A stretch of 64,000 nt of DNA from Octopus sinensis. Its lineage: Eukaryota. The translations under genes were made by a program, and so were the position numbers. Shown one piece after another: positions 11,446 to 23,049 of the stretch (its first letter is position 1; every line of letters begins with the position of its first letter). The stretch lies in assembly GCF_006345805.1 (NCBI RefSeq), contig NC_043023.1, positions 2,232,001 to 2,296,000 on the forward strand, read 5' to 3'. The notes below the pieces were generated by a model. The model saw only the letters and a program-made list of their open reading frames with translations, did no database searches and was not told where the DNA came from.

Positions 11446-11843
11446 TATTTACATTATTTACATTCGATGGATATTTGTCCTCATCTTGCTTGTTGTTAAC
11501 ACAATGTTTTGGCTGATAAACCCTCCAACCTCCTTCAGGTGTCTTGGGGAAATTTCTAATCTGGGTTCTCATTCCTAAGTTATTCTTCTATTCCAAGCAG
11601 TGACCTGAACAACAACAACAACAACAACAACAATAATGATAATAATAATAATATTGAAGAATACCTTAGGAATGAGAACCCAGGTTCGAAATTTCCCCAA
11701 GACACCTGATGAAGGCTGGAGGGTATATCAGCCGAAATGTTGTGTTAACAACAAACAAGATGAGGACAAATATCTGTCGAATGTAAATAACGTCAATAAT
11801 GTAAATAATGTACATGATTCCTCATCTCTTAAATATAGAACTG
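11446..11843 (+). mobile_element. Penelope-like inverted pseudo-LTR insertion with TSD
   Basis: Arms ~11445-11588 and ~11656-11808 are inverted around an (AAC)n(AAT)n spacer. TSD taaaataagcct at 11434-11445 and 11844-11855 splits a SINE-A head. Confidence 0.8.
11701..11746 (+). ncRNA. Minimal type I hammerhead ribozyme, intact core
   Basis: GACAC-CTGATGA-A-GGCTG(GAGGGTATAT)CAGCC-GAAA-TG-TT^GTGTT; the antisense twin at 11498-11543 has core mutations. Confidence 0.75.
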
Positions 11844-11860
11844 TAAAATAAGCCTGTCAT

Positions 11861-12100
11861 ATCATCATCATCATCATCATCATTTAATGTCCATTGTCCA
11901 TGCTGCCATGGGTTGGATGGTTAGACCAGGGCTGGTAAGCTGAGGGGCTGAAACAGACTCCAGTCTGATCTGACATAGTTTCTACAGCTGGATGCCTTTC
12001 CTGATGTCAACCACTCCTAGAGTGTAATGGATGCTTTTACGTGCCACCAACACAGGTGCCAGTCGTGTGACACCAGTATCTGCCACAACTATGGTTCCAC
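11861..12100 (-). mobile_element. RTE-clade LINE 3' end (family C), 5'-truncated
   Basis: Minus strand ends GGACATTAAATGATGATG, with the conserved 3' UTR shared with 35547-36290 and 39830-40900. Confidence 0.8.
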
Positions 12101-12149
12101 TTGGCTTGGTGGGTCTTCTGTTCAAACACAGCATATTCTTTTGTATTTT

Positions 12150-12480
12150 ATGGACAAGGCCCGAAATGTTTGGGGAGGGGGGGGGCAGTCGATTAGATCA
12201 ACCCCAGTACGCAACTGGTACACAATTTATCGACCTCTTAAGGATGAAAGACAAAGTCGATCTTGGCAGAATTTGAACTTAGAACATGAAAACAGACGAA
12301 ATACTGCTAAGCATTTCGCCCAATGTGTGCTAACGATTCTTATTTCTTTATTGCCACGAGGGGCTAAACATAGAGGGGACAAACAAGGACAAACAAAGGT
12401 ATTCAGTCAATTACATCAACCCTAGTGCGTAACTGGTACTTAATCTATCAACCCCGAAAAGATGAAAAGCAAAGTTGACC
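12150..12480 (-). mobile_element. Two fused SINE-B segments
   Basis: Reverse complement of B body with two different tails; fused to element F at 12480. Confidence 0.75.
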
Positions 12481-13005
12481 AGGCAGTGGCTCTCGTGGCT
12501 TCTGATCTTAACTGATTGGAAGTGTTATCATGTACATTGTTTTGTCATGGTATAAAAGATGGGCTACAGCAAATATTCTGCTCAATACCACAGATTTGCC
12601 TGTCAGTTGTTTGACTTTAACCAGTTGGCCTTAGTGGCTGATGATGTGTGCATCTCTGATCACGAGCAGAAGTAGTGGGGGAGCATCATAGCCATGTGCT
12701 GAGAGGGATTCTTTGGGGTTTGAATAATTCACCTCTGGAAACATGGGTTTTCATTCAACATGCTTAAACAACCCTTATTCAGGGACCTTTCGAGTGGGAT
12801 GGGTTACTCGACCTGAAGAAAATTCTAACAGGGCTCCACCTGCAAGGTCATGTGCTGTTTATCTTGATATGAGATCACCATGTCACGCACATATGGTTGT
12901 GATGCATGTGCCTGGTGTACCCTTATCAGACGGGTAGTCATGATGGGTATAATGGGTATATTTTACCTTGGTGTCACTTTGATGGCATGCACTGCTCTCT
13001 CACTC
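12481..13005 (-). mobile_element. Element F copy, one end clipped (strand inferred)
   Basis: Aligns along its length with 13036-13594 and 55164-55716. Confidence 0.8.
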
Positions 13006-13035
13006 AATAATAGTAATAATAATAATAATAATAAT

Positions 13036-13594
13036 AAATGCCCTGATGCAGTACCAGGCAGTGGTTCTCATGGCTTCTGATCTTAACTGACTGGAAGTGT
13101 TATCATGTACATTGTTTTGTCATGGTATAAAAGATGGGCTACAGCAAATATTCTGCTCAATACCACAGATTTGCTTGTCAGTTGTTTGACCTTAACCAGT
13201 TGAGCATGTCCCTTAGTGGCTGACGATATGTGTATCTCTGATCATGAGCAGAAGTAGTGGGGGAGCATCATAGCCGTGTGTTGAAAGGAATTCTTGGAGG
13301 CTTGGATAATTCACCTTTGGAAACATGGGTGTTTCGTTCAACATCCTTAAACAATCCTTATTCAGGGACCTTTTAAGCGGGATGGGCTACTCAACCAGAA
13401 GAAGATTCTAACTGGGCCCCACCTGCAAGGTCATGCGCTGTTCATCTTGATATGAGATCACCATGTTGTGCACATATGGTTGTGATGCATGTGCCTGGTG
13501 TACCCTTATCAGATGGGTAATCATGATGGGTATACTGGGCTTTGTATATTTGTACCCCAGTGTCACTTTGATGGCATGCACTGTTCTCTCACTC
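13036..13594 (-). mobile_element. Element F, full length, flanked by (AAT)n (strand inferred)
   Basis: AAATGCCCTGATGCAG ... CTCTCTCACTC between (AAT)n tracts; same two termini as 55164-55716. Confidence 0.85.
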
Positions 13595-13629
<35 letters not shown>

Positions 13630-13635
13630 TAATAA

Positions 13636-13857
13636 TGGTTTCAAATTTTGGCACAAGACCAACAGTTTTGGGAGAGGGGGTGAGTCGATTACATCGACCA
13701 CAGTATTCAACTGGTACTTATTTGATTGCCCCCCCCCCAAAAAAAATGAAAGGCAAAATAGACTTCGGTGGAATTTGAACTCAAAACCTTAGGATAGACA
13801 AATATGCCGCAAAGCATTTTGCCTAGTGTGCTAAGAATTTTGTTGGATCACTGCCTT
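13636..13857 (-). mobile_element. SINE-B, full length
   Basis: Reverse complement of head, body and GTGCCAAAATTTGAAACC tail, embedded in (AAT)n. Confidence 0.85.
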
Positions 13858-14977
13858 AACAACAATAACAGCAATAATAATAATAGTAATAAGAATAAGA
13901 TGAATATTTACCATAATAAAAAATGTATTGATAATATGAATAATAATGTTTATTAATGTTAATAATAACAATAATAATAATAATAATAATAATAATGTTT
14001 GTTAATGTTAATAATAATAATAATACAAAGTCTAAATATTGACTTAACAAGATAGTCACGTAAGACAAAAAAATATTTATTGTTTTAATCTGTTCGGGAA
14101 GGTTATCTCTGAAGCTGCTCTCATAAAACGGTTATTGCTTTGGAATAAAATTTTGGGTAAAAGCAAAAGAAAATAAAAAAAAAATTCTTTTTTCAAAAAA
14201 AAAATAATAAAAATTTTTTCAAAAAAAAAGAAAAAAAAAGAAAAGTAATAAATATATATATAAATCAAATAAGAAGTAATAAAAAAAACCCAGCTGCAAT
14301 TTCTTTAAAAACTGCGAAATTAAACTGAGTTTTAAAGTCTGCTGTTATAGATTCTATCTAAAGAAATTTTTATGTCTGCCTATTTTCCAAAGATTGGGAT
14401 TGTAAAATTCTTCAGAAATTGGTTGGCAATTCTTTTCCTTCCTTCTTTTCTGTCTTTTGTACACGATTTTCTTTCTTCCTTCCTTTCTTTGTTTCATTCA
14501 TTCTTTCTTTCTTTCTTTTTTTCTTTGGATTTTTTTGGGTGTGAGATGGGGGTCTGTGTTTGCTTTTGTTATGTTGTTGGTGGTGGTGATGGTGGTTGTG
14601 ATAGTATTTTTGATGTTTGTGATGTTGCTGTTGCTGGCGGTGGTGGTGGTGGTGATGTTGGTGGTGGTGGTCGTGGCATTGGTGAACATGATTGGATTTT
14701 AAAAATTTTTTCTTAGATAAAAAAAATGTATGACTGACTGAAAAAAAAACAAAAAAATTGTTTTACTTCTTCTCTGTGGTATACATATGGGAAAGACTAC
14801 CATGTATGTGTACATGTTTGTATACGTACATATATATATAGATATATATAGATATATATCTTTAGATATATGTATGGATATATACATACATATATATATA
14901 AATATATATGTTCATATGCATATATCTCTGTATGCATACACTTATTCGCACACATACATATAGATACATCATGTATA

Positions 14978-15019
<42 letters not shown>

Positions 15020-15339
15020 ATATATAGATAGATAGATATATAGATAGATATATATAGATAGATAGATATATAGATAGATATATATAGATAGATATATATA
15101 TATAGATAGATAGATAGATAGATAGATATATATATATATATACATATATAGATAGATATATATACATATATAGATAGATATATATATATACATATATAGA
15201 TAGATAGATATATATATACATAGATTGATAGATATATATATACATAGATAGATAGATATATATATACATATATAGATAGATAGATATATATATACATATA
15301 TAGATAGATAGATAGATATATACATATATAGATAGATAG

Positions 15340-15373
<34 letters not shown>

Positions 15374-16047
15374 CCATACATACATATATATATATATATA
15401 CATTTATATGAGTGTGTGTATGTCTGTATATATATATTTATTTACATATATACATACACACACATAGAAACACACACACCTATATATACACAAATAAATA
15501 TATATATGTATGTGTATACACAAATAAATATATGTATGTGTGAGTGCATATACACACACACACACACATATCCACACACAGCTATTTGTTTGTGTGTTTT
15601 TGTCTAATTGAAGATTATCAATAAAATATGTATTTAAAAAGAGAGAGTGAAAGGCCATATTTAAAATGAAGACAAACATACATGTGTATATATGTATGTG
15701 TATATATATCATATATATATGGAGAGAATCGAGTGGGGATGAGTGGAGGGAAGCGGGGGAAGAATTCCCAATGAAATACCGATTCCATCATCGATATATG
15801 AGCAAGATATTTCATTTTGATAAAACACAACTACTTCGGATGTACATTAAGAAAATGTCTCGCAGATCTCGTTATAATTCCAATAGATTTCTTGTTGTCT
15901 CCATTTATGGAACCTTTTAAGAAATCTATTGGCCATTATCAACTCTATATATGCACAGCACACGATATATTCATGAATATCACATATATATAATATATAT
16001 ATATTAATATATATACATATATAATATATAATATATATACATATATA

Positions 16048-16094
<47 letters not shown>

Positions 16095-16510
16095 TGCACA
16101 CACATATATATATACTTGAATACACACACACTTATATAAGCATAGGTATGACTGTATGGTAAGAAGCTTGTCTCTCAATCTCATGTTTCAGGTTCAATCT
16201 CACTGTGTGGTTCCTTAGGCAATTGTCTTCTATTATAGCCTCCGACTGACCAGAGCCTTGTGAGTAGAGATTGAAGATGGAAACTGAAAGAAGCCTGTCG
16301 TATATATCAATACATATAAATTTTGACCTTTAATTAAATTCTATTAGTGTCCAGCTGTTCTAATTTAATTAAACTCTATATCTTTTGCAGCTGAAGATTG
16401 CTCTGCATTTTAAATTGATGTAATGATTGCATTGTTCAATTAAATGGAGTTGCATGAAACGATTGTACTGCATTACCTCTGGATATCCTTGTTACTTATT
16501 TTGATATATA

Positions 16511-16700
16511 TCTATACATATAAATTTGACATTGGCGATTCTTTCTTGTCTTGGGATTCACAGTCAAACAGCTGGGTGGAATTGCGTGAAAAATTACCAG
16601 ACATGTGGAATGATCTGGTGATGATACTGGGCTTTGTATTTTACATAGCTCCTATGGTTACCGAGATAATCTACTATAATAATACTGTTGTGTTTATGAA
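16511..16700 (+). mobile_element. Non-autonomous Helitron (family 2), 5' part
   Basis: A|TCTATACATATAAATTTGAC start; reverse-complement match to 46080-46212 and 46535-46557. Confidence 0.65.
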
Positions 16701-17003
16701 TGAGAAAGGAATGGGTGATGGATAAATAAGGAAAGAAGGGGGTGAAAGATTAATAAGGAAAGAAGGGGTTATGTCACATTTGGCAGTGGGATGATGAAAA
16801 TTGTACGCTGGAAAAATAAATCAAACATTTATCAAAAAATAAATCAAATATATGAGTGAATATATGTGTGTGTATGTAAAAGGGGTGTATGTGTGTGTGT
16901 GTGCATGTGAGTGTGTGTTTGTGTGTGTATGCATGGAATGGAAGGGGGATGGTTCATCTTTTTTCTCTTAGTATTTGGATTTATTTTTTGATATGGTTGA
17001 ATC

Positions 17004-17400
17004 TTACTCTTTTACTCTTTTACTTGTTTCAGTCATCTGACTGCGGCCATGCTGGAGCACCGCTTTTAATCGAGCAACTCGACCCCGGGACTTATTCTTT
17101 TATAAGCCCAGTACTTATTCTATCGGTCTCTTTTGCCAAACCACTAAGTAACGGGGACATAAACACACTAACATCGGTTGTCAAGCAATGCTAGGGGGAC
17201 AAACACAGACACACAAACACATATATATAGATATATACGATGGGCTTCTTTCAGTTTCTGTCTACCAAATCCATTCACAAGGCTTTGGTCGGCCTGAGGC
17301 TATAGTAGAAGACACTTGCCCAAGGTGCCACGCAGTGGGACTGAACCCGGGACCATGTGGTTGGTAAGCAAGCTACTTACCACACAGCCACTCCTGCGCC
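17004..17400 (-). mobile_element. SINE-A, full length
   Basis: All modules on the minus strand. Confidence 0.9.
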
Positions 17401-17557
17401 TATGTTGTTTTGGTTGTTTTTTTTTGTTGTTGGTCAGTTATTTTTAGTGTTTTGACAGAAAAAAAGTCATTCTAAAATTGTGTTTTTAACGTAAGCGTAC
17501 CCAAACAAGTTGAATGCTTACACAGAGCAGGGTCTACAGCCACATCATCCAAACCAA

Positions 17558-17666
17558 CTGTAGCCCATCTTTTATACCAAGACAAAACAATGTACATGAT
17601 AACACTTCCAATTAGTTAAAATCAGAAGCCACGAGAACCACTACCTGGTACTGCATCAGGGCATTT
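17558..17666 (+). mobile_element. Element F, short copy retaining only the GGGCATTT(ATT)n end
   Basis: Matches the last ~108 bp of 55164-55716; followed by (ATT/CAT)n and a SINE-B at 17711-17910. Confidence 0.8.
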
Positions 17667-17929
17667 ATCATTATTATTATCATCATCATCATCATCATCA
17701 TTATTATTATAGTGGTGAGTTGGTAGAACTGTTAGCATGCTGGGCAAAATGTTTTGCGGCTTTCATCTATCTTTTCATTGTGAGGTCGACTTTGCCTTTC
17801 ATCCCCTTTGAGGTCTATAAATTAGATACCAGTTATGCTCTGGGATGAAACGTAATCAACTTACCTCATTACCCTGGACTTGCTGTCCTTGTGCCAAAAG
17901 TTGAAACCAACATGTACACACAGACATTC

Positions 17930-18275
17930 TTTTATTCTCTAATTCTTTGACTTGTTTCAGTCATTTCACTATGGCTATACTGGAGCAATGCCTTTAGTCA
18001 AACAAATCAACACCAAGATTTATTCTTTGTAAGCCTAGTACTTATTCTATTGGTCTCTTTTGCCGAACCACTAAGTTACAGGAAAGTAAACACACCAGCA
18101 TCGGTTGTCAAGCGATGGTGGGGAGACAAACACACATATATACGACGGGCTTCTTTCAGTTTCCGTCTACCAAATCCACTCACAAGGCTTTGGTCAGCCC
18201 GAGTCTATAGTAGAAGACACTTGCCCAAGGTGCCACGCAGTGGGACTGAACCTGGAACCATGTGGTTGGTAAGCA
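17930..18275 (-). mobile_element. SINE-A, head end clipped
   Basis: Tail, body and most of the head on the minus strand. Confidence 0.85.
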
Positions 18276-18831
18276 ATCAAACCATACACCTTCACACCCC
18301 TCTTATTAAATGTACTCTCCCTTTTGTTACCTGTACATTATGGGATGTCATAAATAGGCTTTTGTCACTGATATGTTTTGCGGGGGTTTTGGATTTGGGT
18401 AGTGAAATAGGGAAAGGGTTTCCATAGCAACTGTGTGTGTGTGTGTGTATGTGCATATTGAGAAGGGTACTTTTGAGTGTATATATTGTGTGTGCAGCAA
18501 TGAAAAGGGTTATGTATGTGTATATATATTTATGGCTGTGTGTGTGTGTCTGTGTGTGTGTCTGTGTGTGTGTGCGTGTGATCCCTGAAAGGGACAAAAG
18601 TGCTAAATAAATAGTTTTTATCCAAATCCTGACAATCTCCTTTTTCTTAATATATAAAATCTGTACACCACTTCAAATATTCTATACATACACGTATATA
18701 AATCTACATACATACATACATATATATGTGCATGTATGTATACATATATATATATGTTGTTTATATATGTATATGTGTGTAGGTATGTGTATATATGTGT
18801 ATGTATGTATATGTATGTACATATATAGTTG

Positions 18832-18872
<41 letters not shown>

Positions 18873-18918
18873 TTGTATGTGTATATATATACATATATAT
18901 ATACATGCACATATATAC

Positions 18919-18993
<75 letters not shown>

Positions 18994-19670
18994 CACACAT
19001 ACATATATATACACACACACACACATATATATATATACACATTCATATATATATATATACATACATATACATACATATATATATATACACACATACATAT
19101 ATATATATGCATGAACATAGATACACATTTTTGTATACACATACATATGCACACACACATAAATATGTGCATTGTACACACACACACACACGCGCACACA
19201 CACATGCACACATTGGCATCTCGTGATGATATCAATGTCATGATTCCACAACTGTAGCAGAGATGCGAAATGCCTTGCAGCCAGCCATTGCCATTCTTAG
19301 ACCAATGACCGAAAGCTAATATTTGATCGATTCCGCTTTTACCACCCACAGTAAGACAAAGTGCAGCTCTACTGCAGGATGCACCTTGCAGATCCGTTGC
19401 CATCGCTCCATCACCTACCCATTCCGAATATTGCAAACGTGCTGTCAAATCAAGGAATGGCATTTAGGGAAAGAAAGAGATTCTATTCCGAAATTGTAAA
19501 TAATATCAATGGTGGGTTTGGCGATTCTTTTGATACTGACTGCTCAAAACTGCCCTTGGTTCTAAGATACAAACCTTTTGTTTTAAAGAGATCTAAATTA
19601 AATTCTTCCTTCGAAATTTCCTGTTAATACATGTTCCAAGCACCAACTTGCTAATGATAAAAGTTATTGG

Positions 19671-20091
19671 AGTGAAGGCGGCGAGCTGGCAGAATCGTTA
19701 GCACGCCGGGCGAAATGCGTAGCCGTATTTCGTCTGCCGTTACGTTCTGAGTTCAAATTCTGCCGTGGTCGACTTTGCCTTTCATCCTTTCGGGGTCGAT
19801 TAAATAAGTACCAGTTACGCACTGGGGTCGATATAATCGACTTAATCTCTTTGTCTGTCCTTGTCTGTCCTCTCTGTGTTTAGCCCCTTGTGGGTAGTAA
19901 AGAAATAGGTATTTCGTCTGCCATTACGTTCTGAGTTCAAATTCTGCCGAGGTCGACTTTGCCTTTCATCCTTTCGGGGTCGATTAAATAAGTACCAGTT
20001 ACGCACTGGGGTCGATATAATCGACTTAATCTCTTTGTCTGTCCTTGTCTGTCCTCTCTGTGTTTAGCCCCTTGTGGGTAGTAAAGAAATA
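19671..20091 (+). mobile_element. SINE-B head plus two 184-bp units
   Basis: A box TGGCAGAATCGTT, B box GAGTTCAAATTC; unit starts at 19726 and 19910; 15-bp TSD gataaaagttattgg at 19656-19670 and 20092-20106. Confidence 0.9.
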
Positions 20092-20321
20092 GATAAAAGT
20101 TATTGGGTTGTCTGGAAAGTTCATGCCGATTTATCGTAGCTTACCTTTACATGTGGTGGGGAAGCAAGCTTTTTACCACACAGCCACTTCTGCGGCTATT
20201 TCCTTTTATTTGTTTCAGTCATTTGACTGCAGCCACGTGGATGTAAACACACCAACATCAGTCATCAAGCAATGGTGGAGGGACAAACACAGACACACAA
20301 ACATATACATATATAAGAATA

Positions 20322-20538
20322 AGGCGGCGAGGTGGCAGAATCGTTAGCATGCCGGGCGAAATGCTTTGCTGTATTTCGTCCGCCACTGCGTTCTGAGTTC
20401 AAATTCCGCCGAGGTCGACTTTGCCTTTCAACCATTCGGGGTCGATAAGTTACACACTGGGGCCATTGTAATCGACTTAATTCGTTTGTCTGTCTTTGTT
20501 TGTCCCCTCTATGTTTAGCCCCTTGTGGGTAATAAGAA
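20322..20538 (+). mobile_element. SINE-B monomer
   Basis: Head, body and TTTAGCCCCTTGTGGG tail. Confidence 0.85.
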
Positions 20539-20718
20539 AACATATATAAGATAGGCTTCTTTACCATTTCCATCTACCAAATTCACTCACAAGGCTTTGG
20601 TTAGCCTGAGGCCATAGTAAGAGACACTTGCCCAAGGTTCCATGCAGTGGGACTGAACCTAGAACCATGTGGTTGGGAAGCAAGCTTCTTACCACACAGC
20701 CACCCCTATGCCTATATA

Positions 20719-21286
20719 TTGGGTTGTCCGGAAATTTTGTGCCAATTTATAGTAGAGCTAACCTTTCAACTTATTTTAGAACATGGTTGAGTCCATAAAA
20801 TAGGATTTGACTACACCTCCATTTAGAGCACAGTTTAAGCTATCTTTTCGTGGAAGAAGGTTTATGTTCCTATAACCTGTGTTAATTCTGTAACCCTTTA
20901 AAATGGAAGATAAGAAAGTTTATTTTTGGCATTTGATGCTTTGGGAATCAGACAAAAATTGCTGCAGCTTGGCTGGGATGTGTTACCCCACCCTCCATAT
21001 TCCCCAGATATTGCTCCTTCGGATTTCCACTTATTCAGGTCTCTGCAGAATAGTCTTAATGGTAAAAATTTCAATTCCTTGGATGACGTAAAAAGATACC
21101 TTGATGAATTCTTTGCCATGAAACCCCCTCAATTCTGGGAAGAGGGTATTTTCAAGTTAAAGGAAAGATGGAGATGCATTGTGCAACAAAATGGTTCATA
21201 TCTGGTTGATTAAAAATGTAATGGCAAGTATTTATTGACCTTTTTCTTTCCTTTAAAAATCGACACGAACTGACCGGACAACCCAA
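20719..21286 (+). mobile_element. Internally deleted mariner (DD34D type) with TIRs
   Basis: TA|TTGGGTTGTCCGG ... CCGGACAACCCAA. ATG at 20903 gives MEDKKVYFWHLMLWE, joined out of frame to LGIRQKLLQLGWDVLPHPPYSPDIAPSDFHLF...QQNGSYLVD*. A second left end lies at 20103-20150. Confidence 0.9.
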
Positions 21287-21702
21287 TCTTTTACTAAATC
21301 TTTCAATATTTTCAAAATTAACTGAAACAAAACCTATGAAATACAACAGAAATATGATAACAGAAGGGTTAAATTTTTTATGCATTATAGGGACCAAATT
21401 GGTTGTGTGCATCCAGTATTCGCAGCAGTTAGCTTTGCTGATGACTGCTTATACAGACTTTCAGCAGATGTGAGTGAGTCAGGTTTACATTATGTTGGCT
21501 GATAACTTGTTTGACCTTTTTAATATTGACCTGTCTAAGCCTGTCTCTAGTTCTGTGATAGAATCTTCCTGTTTGTAAAGAGACCAAAATTAAAACCTCT
21601 CATTAAAATTTCATGTTAATTTATGTTCCAAACACCAGATTTATAATGACAAAGTTATTTCATTAAATTCTTCGTTATTTTTACAAATTAATTGTAATTA
21701 AG

Positions 21703-22468
21703 GTGCAGGAGAGGCTGTGTGGTAAGAGGCTTGCTTACCAACCATATGGTTCCGGGTTCATTCCCACTGCATGGCACCTTGGGCAAGTGTCTTCTATTAT
21801 AGCCTCGGGCCAACCAAAGCTTTGTGAGTGGATTTGGTAGACGGAAACTGAGAGAAGCCTGTCATATATATGTGTATATATATATAGATGTAGGAGTGGC
21901 TGTGTGGTAAGTAGCTTGCTTACAAACCACATGGTCCCAGGTTCATTCCCACTGCGTGGCACCTTGGGCAAGTGTCTTCTACTATAGCCTCGGGCCGACC
22001 AAAGCCTTGTGAGTGGATTTGGTAGACGGAAACTGAAAGCAGCCTGTCGTATATATGTATATATATATAAGTGTGTGTTTGTGTGTCTGTGTTTGTCCCC
22101 CTAGCATTGCTTGACAACTGATGCTGGTGTGTTTATGTCCCCGTTACTTAGCCGATAGAATAAGTACTGGGCTTACAAAGAATAAGTCCCGGGGTCGATT
22201 TGCTCAACTAAAGGCGGTGCTCCAGCATGGCCGCAGTCAAATGACTGAAACAAGTAAAAGAGAGTATATGTATGTGTGTGTTTGTCCCCCCAATATTGCT
22301 TAACAACTGATGGTGTGTTTACATCCCTGTAACTTAGCGGTTCGGCTAAAGAGACCGACAGAATAAGTACTACTAGGCTTACAAAGAAAAAGTCCTGGGG
22401 TCAATTTGCTCGACTAAAGGTGGTGCTCCAGCATGGCCGCAGTCAAATGACTGAAACAAGTAAGAGAG
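21703..22468 (+). mobile_element. SINE-A composite (extra head, full copy, extra body/tail) inserted in MITE H
   Basis: Two heads (21703, ~21890) and two tails (~22262, ~22468); H sequence resumes at 22469. Confidence 0.8.
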
Positions 22469-22681
22469 AAAAGGCAGTGTATTTTAACAAAAATATGGAA
22501 TGAAAAGGGTCCAAGGGATCTCAATTAAAACCTTTCATCAAAATTTTATGTTAATTTATGTTCAAAACATCAGATTAATAATTACAAAGTTATTTCACTA
22601 AATTCTTCGTTACTTTTATAATTACTTAAAACAAAAGCAGTGGTCGTCAACAAAAATATGTTATGTGGGTTTTAAAGTTTA

Positions 22682-23049
22682 TCTCTCTATATATAAACGC
22701 CAAAATGTCTGTCTGTGTGTGTATCCTTTATACAAATCCACGATTTTTCAGTTAGAGGGCTCGCACTTTCTATGATCATTCAAAACTGTCCAAGGGTGGT
22801 CATGGACATCTTTACATTTCCCCAGTCACACCGTAAAGCCATTAAAAAATCAATAGAAGTGACTTTTTTGTGAATTTTCTATCCAAAACCCAATCAAAAT
22901 GCCCGAAATTTGATATATCAATTGAATGCCAGCTAGCTGTATGTGATTGGTCGGATATTTGGACAGTACTCGCATGTATGAGCGCACGCACGCAGCTGTA
23001 TATGCATGCACTAGCACCATGACCCAGCGTTGTCGGGTCATAGTACTAG
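22682..23049 (+). mobile_element. Non-autonomous Helitron (family 1), complete
   Basis: A|TCTCTCTATATATAAACG ... hairpin ATGACCC-9nt-GGGTCAT (23019-23041) then AGTA CTAG|T. Inserted between A and T of MITE H with no TSD. Confidence 0.85.

Larger units (their letters stand above)
19524..21372. mobile_element. piggyBac-type MITE H interrupted by mariner and SINEs
   Basis: Left part (~19524-19666) and right part (21287-21372, ending AAGGG|TTAA) rejoin as ...aaagtTA ttttactaaat..., colinear with H copies at 21510-22510 and 22515-22665. Confidence 0.7.

Noticed and set aside
13218-13260. CTGACGA/CTGATGA in element F (and CTGATGA at 25445, CTGAAGA at 45630) as hammerheads
   Set aside because: No correctly placed GAAA or stems I/III.
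16444-16725. Kelch-like WDSQSNSWVEL ORF
   Set aside because: The DNA is a copy of the Helitron family at 45732-46557.
19261-19350. 90-nt plus-strand exon (cag|...|gtaaga)
   Set aside because: Stop codons in all three frames; it could only be non-coding.
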